From contig PEZY01000005.1 in NCBI GenBank assembly GCA_002773855.1, forward strand, positions 74,237-120,531: 46,295 nucleotides of DNA. The letters run 5' to 3'. Under the pieces are notes generated by a model. It was given only the letters and a program-made list of their open reading frames with translations, was not told where the DNA came from and made no database searches. Origin of the DNA: Candidatus Buchananbacteria bacterium CG10_big_fil_rev_8_21_14_0_10_33_19. Lineage in GTDB: Bacteria; Patescibacteriota; Patescibacteriia; 2-01-FULL-39-33. This document shows, one piece after another, positions 27,423 through 38,692 of this stretch. The position numbers and the translations under genes are program-made. Positions within the stretch are counted from its first letter, which is position 1; the number at the start of each line of letters is the position of its first letter.

Positions 27423-28883
27423 TTATTTTATGTCTGGCTTTTTATTGTGCCAGCTGGTTACTTGTTGATACTGATAACCGGCTCGCAAAATAGTTTTTTC
27501 ATCAAAACGTTTACCCAGCAATTGAATACCAACTGGCAAACCACCAGCAAATCCAGCTGGCAAGGACAAACCACAAATACCGGCTAACGAGGCTGGAATA
27601 GTAAATATGTCAGCCAAATAATCCTTCAGTGGATTATTAGTATTCTCCCCCAACTTCCAAGCTGGCGTTGGCGACACTGGTGTCAGTATAACATCAATAT
27701 CCTCAAATGTCTTGTCAAAATCTTGTTTAACCAAAGTTCTAACTTGCATAGCCTTTTTGTAATAAGCATCATAATAGCCAGACGACAAGGCATAAGTGCC
27801 AATCATTATTCGTCTTTTTACCTCAGCACCAAAGCCACTGGTCTTAGTATCTAAATAAAGATCTAACAACTCCCTACTATCACGCTTAGACAAGCCATAC
27901 CTAATACCATCATATCTAGCCATATTAGAACTCACCTCACTGGGACAAATAATATAATAAGCCGCGACTGCTAAATCCGTATGTGGCAAACTAACATCAA
28001 TCACTTCAGCACCCATCTCTTCAAACTTTTTGGCTGCTGACAAGATAATATTTCTAACTTCTTCATCAACCCCTTCAATAAAATATTCTTTGGGCAAGCC
28101 AATCCTTAAACCTTTAATATCTTTTTTAATCTCTTGTAAATAATCATCCACTTTTTCTGCCGGAGTAGTCGAATCTTTTTCATCACGCCCAGCTATCTGC
28201 TGTAAAATAAAAGCCGCATCTTCCACATTTTTAGTAATTGGACCAATAGTGTCCAGTGATGAGGTCATAGCCATTACTCCATATCTAGAAACTCGGCCAT
28301 AAGTTGGTTTTAGTCCAGTAGCGTTACAAAACGACGCTGGCTGACGAATAGATCCGCCAGTATCTGTGCCCAATGAATAAGCACACATATCAGCTGCTAC
28401 GGCTGCCGCACTACCACTCGAACTACCACCTGGCACTCGACTAATATCCCACGGATTATGAGTGGGGAAAAATCCAGAATTTTCACCAGAACCACCCATC
28501 GCAAATTCATCCAAATTAGTCTTACCAATAATAACTCCCTTAGACTCTCTGATGGTTTTAACCACTGAAGCATCATAGGGTGGGACATAATTCTCTAAAA
28601 TTTTAGAAGCGCCGGTTGATTTAATACCTTTAGTGCAAAAAAGATCTTTTATAGCTACTGGAATACCAGCTAGTGGCGACAATGATTCATTGTGTTTGAT
28701 TTTTGCATCCACTAATTTAGCCTGAGACAATGCTTCAGTTTCATTTAAAGTAATAAAAGCACCAACTTTAGAATCAAAAGATTTTATTTGTTCTAAATAT
28801 TTTTTCGTTATTTCCTCACTAGAAAATTTCTTATCTCGTAAGCCTTCAAATGTTTCTAGAGCGGTTAATTTATTTAAATCCAT
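27423..28883 (-). CDS. gatA: Asp/Glu-tRNA amidotransferase subunit A
   Basis: Amidase signature PGGSSSGSAA, GTDTGGSIRQPA, EVKRRIMIGTYALSSGYYDAYY. Confidence 0.97.
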   Translation of the reverse strand: MDLNKLTALETFEGLRDKKFSSEEITKKYLEQIKSFDSKVGAFITLNETEALSQAKLVDAKIKHNESLSPLAGIPVAIKDLFCTKGIKSTGASKILENYVPPYDASVVKTIRESKGVIIGKTNLDEFAMGGSGENSGFFPTHNPWDISRVPGGSSSGSAAAVAADMCAYSLGTDTGGSIRQPASFCNATGLKPTYGRVSRYGVMAMTSSLDTIGPITKNVEDAAFILQQIAGRDEKDSTTPAEKVDDYLQEIKKDIKGLRIGLPKEYFIEGVDEEVRNIILSAAKKFEEMGAEVIDVSLPHTDLAVAAYYIICPSEVSSNMARYDGIRYGLSKRDSRELLDLYLDTKTSGFGAEVKRRIMIGTYALSSGYYDAYYKKAMQVRTLVKQDFDKTFEDIDVILTPVSPTPAWKLGENTNNPLKDYLADIFTIPASLAGICGLSLPAGFAGGLPVGIQLLGKRFDEKTILRAGYQYQQVTSWHNKKPDIK

Positions 28884-28894
28884 AAAAGTTTTAG

Positions 28895-29179
28895 TTATAA
28901 AATCTTTGGCACCTTAACGTAACCATTGCTATTTTCTGGAGCAGAGCCAACTAACTCATTACTAATACCAGATTCTTGTATTTCATCATCTCGCATAACA
29001 TTAACCAAACCAGTAACTTGAGACGTTTCTTCTACGCCATCGGTATTAATGGTTTGTAATTTTTCAACATAATCCAAAATATCAGACAACTGCTGACTGT
29101 ATAAATTAGCATCTTGATCGGTTAAATTTAACCTAGCCAATTTAGCAATATGTTCTACTTCTGCTTTAGATAATTTCAT
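28895..29179 (-). CDS. gatC: Asp/Glu-tRNA amidotransferase subunit C
   Basis: EVEHIAKLARL..IL.YVEKL..NVMRDD..VKVPKIL. Confidence 0.95.
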   Translation of the reverse strand: MKLSKAEVEHIAKLARLNLTDQDANLYSQQLSDILDYVEKLQTINTDGVEETSQVTGLVNVMRDDEIQESGISNELVGSAPENSNGYVKVPKIL

Positions 29180-29205
29180 GAAATTTATAGTTAATAACTA
29201 AAAAG

Positions 29206-29234
29206 ATTCTATCATTTATGACATTTTTTGGCAA
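29206..29234 (-). promoter_or_regulatory. Promoter for gatCA
   Basis: TTGCCA-17 nt-TAGAAT with TG extension. Confidence 0.7.
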
Positions 29235-29246
29235 TATCTCAAATAA

Positions 29247-32149
<2,903 letters not shown>

Positions 32150-32151
32150 AA

Positions 32152-32760
32152 TTATCTTTTATAAACTCGACTAGAAATTGTAGTCTGAATAAATATTTCC
32201 TTTTCAAATTTGGGATTAATATTTTGATTTTTTAATTTTAAAAATATTACCACTCGAGGTTGTTTGTTGGTCGCTGGGTTAGTGTTATAAATATCTTCTA
32301 AGTTTGGGATGATATAAAACTTAACATCAGTTACCGCTACGTCATCAGCATTCAAATTGGCCGCTTGGCCATTGACAATATATTCCAAATTATTACCACT
32401 AGCTGATTTAACAATCGAAGTCTCATTACCAAGCTCATCTTTTAGAAAATCAATTCTATCCTGTGGCTGGACCGCCTCCACTGGATATTTTATTTGCCGA
32501 GCTCTTATTTCTCTGGCTATTTTTTCGACAATATAGCGACCGTCATTTTGTAATCGTTGATAGCTAGCAGTGTGCTGATGTAAGCTACTAGCATTAAGAT
32601 AAACCGCAGAGATAATAACTGAGGCAATAGAAAAAATACCAATAGCAATGACTACTTCAGCGAGACTGAAACCAAAACATAAAACATCTAACGTGTAACG
32701 TCTAACATTTTTTCTATTATTTTTTGATAATGCTCCAAAGCATTTTACCAACTTTATCAT
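32152..32760 (-). CDS. PilW-like minor pilin with long repeat-encoded leader
   Basis: G|FSLAEVVIAIGIF, IAREIR, C-terminal QTTISSR; the only in-frame ATG lies inside the upstream four-helix gene. Confidence 0.8.
   Translation of the reverse strand: MIKLVKCFGALSKNNRKNVRRYTLDVLCFGFSLAEVVIAIGIFSIASVIISAVYLNASSLHQHTASYQRLQNDGRYIVEKIAREIRARQIKYPVEAVQPQDRIDFLKDELGNETSIVKSASGNNLEYIVNGQAANLNADDVAVTDVKFYIIPNLEDIYNTNPATNKQPRVVIFLKLKNQNINPKFEKEIFIQTTISSRVYKR
32674..32708. repeat. Heptamer array A (5 units)
   Basis: aaaacat aaaacat ctaacgt gtaacgt ctaacat. Confidence 0.85.
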
Positions 32761-33064
32761 TTAATTTAAGTATTTCTTTATAATCTATTTCTTTTATTAA
32801 ACCTTGTTCATAAGAAAAATATAATAAATATTTTGACTCCTTCAATGAACCATAAGATATTTCTAAAAAATTTATATAGACTTTACAATTTACACCTTTT
32901 CTTCTAGCATAGCCCTCTATATAATTTAAGATAACCGACATAGAAGATCTTCTAATCTGAGAAGTAATGCCATACAATTCATCTTTAGGAAAACTTTTTG
33001 TAATATTATAAATCATTTTTACATACTTGTGCATTGTTATCTTTAAATCATCATGAAAATTCAT
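32717..33064 (-). CDS. Four helix bundle protein (23S rRNA IVS-protein / TIGR02436-like family)
   Basis: IY.ITKSFPKDELYGITSQIRRSS.SV.LNY.EGYAR..FLEISYGSLKE. Confidence 0.92.
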   Translation of the reverse strand: MNFHDDLKITMHKYVKMIYNITKSFPKDELYGITSQIRRSSMSVILNYIEGYARRKGVNCKVYINFLEISYGSLKESKYLLYFSYEQGLIKEIDYKEILKLNDKVGKMLWSIIKK

Positions 33065-33070
33065 ACTACT

Positions 33071-33100
33071 ACGTTTTATGTTATAAGTTAAACGTTACAT
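33071..33100. repeat. Heptamer array B (4 units), inverted relative to A
   Basis: acgtttt atgttat aagttaa acgttac. Confidence 0.85.
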
Positions 33101-33105
33101 ATAAT

Positions 33106-33759
33106 TTATTTCCAATTAAAAATTCTTTCTTGAACTGATATATTTCTATTTTGACCAACTAAAGTCCAAGAAACTGCTGATTTAACATCAATACCAACTT
33201 TCAATTCTGAAGCTAAGCAACTAGAACTCTTAACTGTAAAATCAACATTAAAATCATCACACTGTAAATCATTATTAGCATCACTACAACAAATATTTTG
33301 AGTTTCAATTAAACGATGATAAGTGGTTGGCTGTCCAGAATTATCATGACTATACAAGCCAGTAATCGGATCACTATAAATAGTTGTAGCACCATCGTTT
33401 AAATTATCGGCAGCCAAGTAGTCTAATAACACATTTTCAGAAAATGGATTGACAATTATGCCACTACCGTCGCCATCTAAACCACTATCCCAATAACACG
33501 GATCATAAGTCACGCTATTGTGAAAACAGCTATCGTTATTTTCTATAGCCAACCAATTAGAATCTCTAATATTTTTTACAATTTCTACCCCTTCTCTGGC
33601 CAAATTAATAGATAATATCCTAGCTCCAGCCTCTTGTTCACCATTAAAATTAGAAATAAAAAGACCCCAGACACTAAAAAGACCAACTGTAATAACACCA
33701 ATCGCCACTACTAATTCCAGCAGTCCCTGACCCTTTTGATTTTTAATATCAAAATCCAT
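33106..33759 (-). CDS. PilV-like minor pilin
   Basis: KNQKG|QGLLELVVAIGVI, NLAREGVEIVKNIRDSNW, C-terminal V.W..IFNWK. Confidence 0.8.
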   Translation of the reverse strand: MDFDIKNQKGQGLLELVVAIGVITVGLFSVWGLFISNFNGEQEAGARILSINLAREGVEIVKNIRDSNWLAIENNDSCFHNSVTYDPCYWDSGLDGDGSGIIVNPFSENVLLDYLAADNLNDGATTIYSDPITGLYSHDNSGQPTTYHRLIETQNICCSDANNDLQCDDFNVDFTVKSSSCLASELKVGIDVKSAVSWTLVGQNRNISVQERIFNWK

Positions 33760-33771
33760 TAATTACAAATT

Positions 33772-34344
33772 TTAATTATTTAAAATATCCATTCGACCAG
33801 AAATGCTATTAACTCTAATATTTTTAGAGACGCTCAAATCATCGGCGTGTTTCAAATTAATCAACACTTCATTACTAGCAACCAGTAAATCATCCAGATA
33901 CATTTTAATATCACTCCGTGGTGGTGTTATTTCTATAATCAAATTATTACCTGACATATCAACTATAGTTTTTTCTAATTGCACAGTGGCTATATCAATA
34001 ATAGCATTGACGCTATTTTTGGCTTTTAATGAATATGAACAGTTAACTGAACATTTATCTATCTCAAAAATATATGACACTGGTACTTGTCCGGCTACCA
34101 CTTTACCAGACAAAGATGAAGTTTGCATTTGTTTAATACCATCCAAAATTAGTCTTGATTCATTATCCATATACCGAGCTTTTTCATTGCCTCTAAAATT
34201 TACCACCGTTAAAGTTGAAAATATCCCAACAATAGCAATGACAATTATCATTTCGGCTAAAGTAAAGCCATTTTCAGATAGCGCAAAACGCCTAACGTAT
34301 AACGGTTTATTTCTTTTTAAGAGTAGTCTAACTAATTTTATCAT
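33772..34344 (-). CDS. FimT/FimU-like minor pilin with repeat-encoded leader
   Basis: ENG|FTLAEMIIVIAIVG; C-terminal IRVNSISGRM. Confidence 0.82.
   Translation of the reverse strand: MIKLVRLLLKRNKPLYVRRFALSENGFTLAEMIIVIAIVGIFSTLTVVNFRGNEKARYMDNESRLILDGIKQMQTSSLSGKVVAGQVPVSYIFEIDKCSVNCSYSLKAKNSVNAIIDIATVQLEKTIVDMSGNNLIIEITPPRSDIKMYLDDLLVASNEVLINLKHADDLSVSKNIRVNSISGRMDILNN
34278..34305. repeat. Heptamer array C (4 units, A-like orientation)
   Basis: atagcgc aaaacgc ctaacgt ataacgg. Confidence 0.7.
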
Positions 34345-34369
34345 TAAATTTAAATTAAATTAACAAAAT

Positions 34370-34397
34370 ATGTTATATGTTATGCGTTACGTATTAC
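34370..34397. repeat. Heptamer array D (4 units, B-like orientation)
   Basis: atgttat atgttat gcgttac gtattac. Confidence 0.78.
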
Positions 34398-35176
34398 ATT
34401 AAACTTAAATACCAATTCACAACCACATCTCCCCAAAGTATCGCCACCAATGTCCCGACGGCCAAAAAAGTGCCGAAAGGAATTTGAGATTTAAATTTTT
34501 TTGTTCCCCAAATTAACAAGAATATAGACACCATCGAACCAATAATATAAGAAAAAAACAAAGCCACTACTACAGACTTAGCTCCCAACATCAAGCCCAT
34601 CAAAGCTCCCATCCGTAAATCACCACCACCTATCCATTTACCAGCTGATATTAAAAACTGTACAACAAAAAACCCTAAGCCAATCACCAGTCCAACTAAC
34701 AAACTAATCCAGCTAAAGCCCAAGGTCAAATTAAACAAGAAAGCTATTAGCATGGCCGGTATAGTAATCCTATCTAATATTAAATACCATTTTAAATCAT
34801 AAACAAAAATAATTATCAAAAAACTAACAAAAACCAAATTTCTTAACCATAAAAGCCAGATATCAGAATTATAAAAAAGATTGTCAAAACTCAACATGCC
34901 AATAATATTATAAGTAACTAACACAAATAATAAACCAGTTACTATTTCCATTACTGGATATTGCCATGATATTTTTTTCTGACAATAACGACATTTACCC
35001 AATTGAATAATAAAACTAAGTAATGGTATTAAATCAATTGGCATTAAGATATGATGACAATGCGGACAATTAGAACGAGACCTAACAATATCAGTGCTGC
35101 TATGCATTCTAATAACAACCACATTCAAAAAACTGCCGATTATCAAACCCAAAATAAATATAAAAATATAAAACAC
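34394..35176 (-). CDS. pilD: Prepilin peptidase
   Basis: GSFLNVV..R, RSNCPHC..GKCRYC, YDLKW, GGGDLR, IPFGTFL. Confidence 0.95.
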   Translation of the reverse strand: MFYIFIFILGLIIGSFLNVVVIRMHSSTDIVRSRSNCPHCHHILMPIDLIPLLSFIIQLGKCRYCQKKISWQYPVMEIVTGLLFVLVTYNIIGMLSFDNLFYNSDIWLLWLRNLVFVSFLIIIFVYDLKWYLILDRITIPAMLIAFLFNLTLGFSWISLLVGLVIGLGFFVVQFLISAGKWIGGGDLRMGALMGLMLGAKSVVVALFFSYIIGSMVSIFLLIWGTKKFKSQIPFGTFLAVGTLVAILWGDVVVNWYLSLM

Positions 35177-35180
35177 GGGA

Positions 35181-35215
35181 TAATTTTTAATTTCTAATTT
35201 TTAATTTTCAAATTT
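35181..35215. repeat. Heptamer array E (5 units, different unit)
   Basis: taatttt taatttc taatttt taatttt caaattt fills the gap upstream of pilD. Confidence 0.6.
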
Positions 35216-35621
35216 ATCTATCCAACCCCTCATTGGTTAGCGCATACTTACCACTAGTAAGTCCCAACAAGCCTGACTCTAAATAAAATTCTACTCTAAA
35301 ATTATCATCAGTCATTTGTGTTAAAACATATCGTAAACTATCAGTATTGACCGGATCAATAAGCGTTGAAACATTTGGTGATTGACCGCTACGACCAGTA
35401 CAAAAGTTTATTAGCATACCTTCGCTGCATTCTGGTATTTTATAAGTATTAAACTTCAAAAAATAAATATTCATTTCTGATTCTAAAATCCGCATATCGC
35501 CAAGTCGTTGATAATCCTTTATTCTAATTGAGTTATAAATAAACCACCAAACCAGCAATGAAACGGCAGTTATTAGTAAAACAACATAAATAATTATTTT
35601 TATATTCTGTTTTTGAGTCAT
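35214..35621 (-). CDS. Pilin-like protein lacking a class III cleavage site
   Basis: TM then KDYQRLGDMRILESEMNIYF (pilin alpha-1 like), Cys pair, DP motif; no G|FxxxE. Confidence 0.65.
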   Translation of the reverse strand: MTQKQNIKIIIYVVLLITAVSLLVWWFIYNSIRIKDYQRLGDMRILESEMNIYFLKFNTYKIPECSEGMLINFCTGRSGQSPNVSTLIDPVNTDSLRYVLTQMTDDNFRVEFYLESGLLGLTSGKYALTNEGLDR

Positions 35622-35654
35622 TTAAATCAATAATATTAGCTAATTTATAGTCAT

Positions 35655-35667
35655 ATTATACCACAAA
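35655..35667 (-). promoter_or_regulatory. Extended -10 promoter for the pilD/minor pilin unit
   Basis: TTTGTGGTATAAT. Confidence 0.6.
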
Positions 35668-35680
35668 AATAACCATAACA

Positions 35681-35706
35681 AAAATCCCCCATTGCTGGGG
35701 GATTTT
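35681..35706 (-). terminator. Terminator after the major pilin
   Basis: AAAATCCCCCA-TTGC-TGGGGGATTTT. Confidence 0.85.
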
Positions 35707-35728
35707 ATACTAAATTGCCAATAAAAAA

Positions 35729-36133
35729 TTATGGGCAAACAGTCTCAGTACCAGCTAAACTAGCAACTTCCTTAGCCTGACCAGTTGAATCGACGCAGAA
35801 ATCTACAGTTTCATCAGAACACAAACCAGCCCAAGCAACCCAAGCCGAATCATTAATGCCACCAACATTGATCTGATAGGTTGCGGAATCAGGACTACAG
35901 CTTGGAGGCAATAGATTGGAAATTTCAGTGTTAGTCATATCAAAACCAGTAAAAACACCTGAATCATACTGCACGGCAGCAAAAGTTCTGATTTGTGATA
36001 AGTCACTTTTGATTTGGGCATCACGAGCCTTATTTCTAGCGGTGTTTAAAGAAACCACAGCTAGCGAAGAAAGCATACCGATAATAGCAATAACCACCAA
36101 AAGTTCGATTAAAGTAAAACCTTTTTTATTCAT
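35729..36133 (-). CDS. pilA: Type IV major pilin
   Basis: MNKKG|FTLIELLVVIAIIG, ARNKARDA..KSDL, FCVDSTG; own promoter and terminator. Confidence 0.9.
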   Translation of the reverse strand: MNKKGFTLIELLVVIAIIGMLSSLAVVSLNTARNKARDAQIKSDLSQIRTFAAVQYDSGVFTGFDMTNTEISNLLPPSCSPDSATYQINVGGINDSAWVAWAGLCSDETVDFCVDSTGQAKEVASLAGTETVCP

Positions 36134-36274
36134 AAAACTAAATTATTAATTTTTTATTGATTTTTGTCCACTCGAGTGGATGAAAACCTGAATTAAAAAC
36201 TATTTCTAATCCAAGGATTCTAGACATTTTTTCGACCTTTTTTATTTATTAAACAATATCCACAATCTACTTAC

Positions 36275-36287
36275 AGTATACCACAAA
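36275..36287 (-). promoter_or_regulatory. Extended -10 promoter for the major pilin
   Basis: TTTGTGGTATACT, same motif as at 35655-35667. Confidence 0.6.
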
Positions 36288-36378
36288 TTACCAAAACAAA
36301 AAAATACAAAAACATTTATTTTTTATAAATTTTTCTCAATCAAACATTCTAGTGATTTTTAGTTTTTTATGGTTTATT

Positions 36379-37590
36379 CTAAAAAGCGGCTGATAATTGC
36401 CAAATTGGCATAATAACTGCTGCCACAAAACCACCAACTACAATACCCAAGAAAATCATAATAATTGGCTCTATTAAAACTGATAAATTAGCCACGGAAT
36501 TATCAATTTCTCGACCATAAAACTCAGTTAATTTTTCCAACACTTCTTCTAATTTACCAGTTTCCTCACCAACACTTATCATTTGAGACACTAAAACCGG
36601 CACGTATCTGTTGGCTACAATACTATCTGCCAAAGAACTACCCTCATCAACATCAGAAATGGCTTGTTCTAACATTCGATCATATACGGTATTGCCAACC
36701 ACCCGTCGGACCACTCTTAAAGCTTTAGAAGCTGGTACACCACCCTTAAGTAGAGTATTTAAACTTCTAGTGATGCGCACCACATAAACATAGGTAGCAA
36801 TTTTACCAAAAACTGGTACTCGAATCTTAAACAAATCAAAAATTCTACGGCCACTGACAGTTTTATTAACAGTAAACCAAAAACCACCAAGCACTGATAA
36901 TATGCCAATCACAACTACATACCAATAATCCTTAAAAAAATCGGAAGTACCTAGTAGTATCCTGGTCATTAAAGGCAATTTGACCCCAGACTCTCTTAAC
37001 ATTTGAGTCATTTGTGGTACTACAAAAACCATTACCACAATACCCACAATAACTAATCCGGACAAAATAAAAGCTGGGTAGATCATTGCGCCCTTAACTT
37101 TTGATTGCAAATCATAATCCTTTTCTTGTTGATCCGCTAAATAACTCATCACCTCACTTAAACGACCAGAAGTTTCACCAGAACCCACAATATTAGTATA
37201 AAAATCACTAAAAACATTGGGATAAAGAGCCATAGCCTGAGACAGTTTAGCACCACCATCTACTTCATCGGCTATGCCAGAAATAATCGCCTTAAAATAT
37301 TTATTACCAGCCTGCTTGACCAATATTCTAAGTGCTTTAACAATTGGTAAATTAGCATCTATCATTACTGACAACTGTCTAAAAAATATAACTTTTTCTT
37401 TAGTTTTAATACGATTTAGAAAGCCCATCATTTGATTTTCAAAATCTTTGGCTGTTTGTTTTTTAATACTAATAACCGACAAACTTTTTTCTAAAAGCAA
37501 AGAAACAACTACATCTTCAGATATGGCATCTATTTCACCTTCAACTAATTGATTATTTAAATTTTTAGCTTTGTAAGAAAATAAGGACAT
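36379..37590 (-). CDS. pilC: Type IV pilus platform protein (T2SSF family)
   Basis: FFRQLSVM, GETSGRL, KVKGAMIYP, VGEETGKL, LIEP. Confidence 0.95.
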   Translation of the reverse strand: MSLFSYKAKNLNNQLVEGEIDAISEDVVVSLLLEKSLSVISIKKQTAKDFENQMMGFLNRIKTKEKVIFFRQLSVMIDANLPIVKALRILVKQAGNKYFKAIISGIADEVDGGAKLSQAMALYPNVFSDFYTNIVGSGETSGRLSEVMSYLADQQEKDYDLQSKVKGAMIYPAFILSGLVIVGIVVMVFVVPQMTQMLRESGVKLPLMTRILLGTSDFFKDYWYVVVIGILSVLGGFWFTVNKTVSGRRIFDLFKIRVPVFGKIATYVYVVRITRSLNTLLKGGVPASKALRVVRRVVGNTVYDRMLEQAISDVDEGSSLADSIVANRYVPVLVSQMISVGEETGKLEEVLEKLTEFYGREIDNSVANLSVLIEPIIMIFLGIVVGGFVAAVIMPIWQLSAAF

Positions 37591-37600
37591 GATTTTAAAT

Positions 37601-38671
37601 TTATCTTAAAAGTGATTCTAATATTTTTCTATCTGTAGTATTATCCAGAGCATCTTCTCTGGTTATTTTAGATGACTTAACTAATTTTGCCAAACCATAA
37701 TTAAATGACACCATACCTTCGTTTCTGGAAGTTTGAATTAAATTATTTAAACCAGCAATATTACCATTGATAATCATAGACTTAACCGCTTCATTCATAA
37801 CCAATACCTCCTGAACTACTGCCACGCCACCACCAATTTTAGGTATAATCTTTTGACAAATAACGGCCCGCAAAGCAGTTGCTAGCAAATCTCTAATTCT
37901 TTCTTGATCATAAGCTGGAAACATATCCAATATTCTAGCAATAGCATTGGTCGATGAATCAGCACTAATAGCACTAAAAACCAACGAACTCCCCCTAGCA
38001 ATTTCCAAGACCGCTGGAATAACCTCTGACTTATTAATCTCTTCTAAAAAGAGAATATCACCGTCTTCCTCTTCAAAATATTTTAAAGCCTCGGCAAATG
38101 AATTAGTATCAATGCCTACCTCTCGCTGTTCAATAATACTTTTATTATTGGTAAAAATGTATTCTATTGGATCTTCAATGGTAATAATATACTCTTTTCT
38201 GGAACGGTTTATTTCTTCGATTAAAGCGGCTATGGTAGTTGATCTACCAGATCCAAATGGACCAGATACTAATATTAAACCATTTTTATTTTTAACTAAA
38301 TTAGACAGAATTGAATTTAATTTTAAAGATTCTAATGTTGGCACCTGATAAGGAATATGTCTCAAAGAAACTGACAAAAAACCGCGTTGATAAAAAATAT
38401 TTACCTTAAATCTCAAATTGTTATCAAAATTATAAGCCAAAACAATTTCTTTGTTAACTAATAACTTTTCTTTTTTTTCTTTAGTGAGCAAAAAATCCAC
38501 TAAACCTTGCATAAAATCTTGGGTTACCACTTCTTGATCTTCCAAGTAAACCAAATGATCATCTATTCTAAGAATCGGATTATTCCCGACAGAAAAATGT
38601 AAATCAGATGCTCCTCTCTTAACAGCATCAGTTAGGATATTTTTAATAGTTAATTCTTGACCAACCGACAT
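37601..38671 (-). CDS. pilT: PilT/PilU-family ATPase with degenerate catalytic motifs
   Basis: ASDLHFSVG, TIEDPIEY, QREVG.DT.SF; but Walker A GPFGSGRST, Walker B DILFLEE, no His box. Confidence 0.85.
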   Translation of the reverse strand: MSVGQELTIKNILTDAVKRGASDLHFSVGNNPILRIDDHLVYLEDQEVVTQDFMQGLVDFLLTKEKKEKLLVNKEIVLAYNFDNNLRFKVNIFYQRGFLSVSLRHIPYQVPTLESLKLNSILSNLVKNKNGLILVSGPFGSGRSTTIAALIEEINRSRKEYIITIEDPIEYIFTNNKSIIEQREVGIDTNSFAEALKYFEEEDGDILFLEEINKSEVIPAVLEIARGSSLVFSAISADSSTNAIARILDMFPAYDQERIRDLLATALRAVICQKIIPKIGGGVAVVQEVLVMNEAVKSMIINGNIAGLNNLIQTSRNEGMVSFNYGLAKLVKSSKITREDALDNTTDRKILESLLR

Positions 38672-38692
38672 AATTTAATTTTAGACTTATTA

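Noticed and set aside
27423-29179. Missing gatB as a sign of pathway loss
   Set aside because: gatB is often unlinked from gatCA; absence cannot be judged from one window.
32717-33064. Diversity-generating retroelement (Avd-like fold)
   Set aside because: No reverse transcriptase and no TR/VR pair with adenine-specific mismatches seen in the window; motifs fit the generic four-helix family.
36256-36264. DnaA box / replication origin (ATATCCACA)
   Set aside because: Single mismatched box; no cluster and no change in strand bias.
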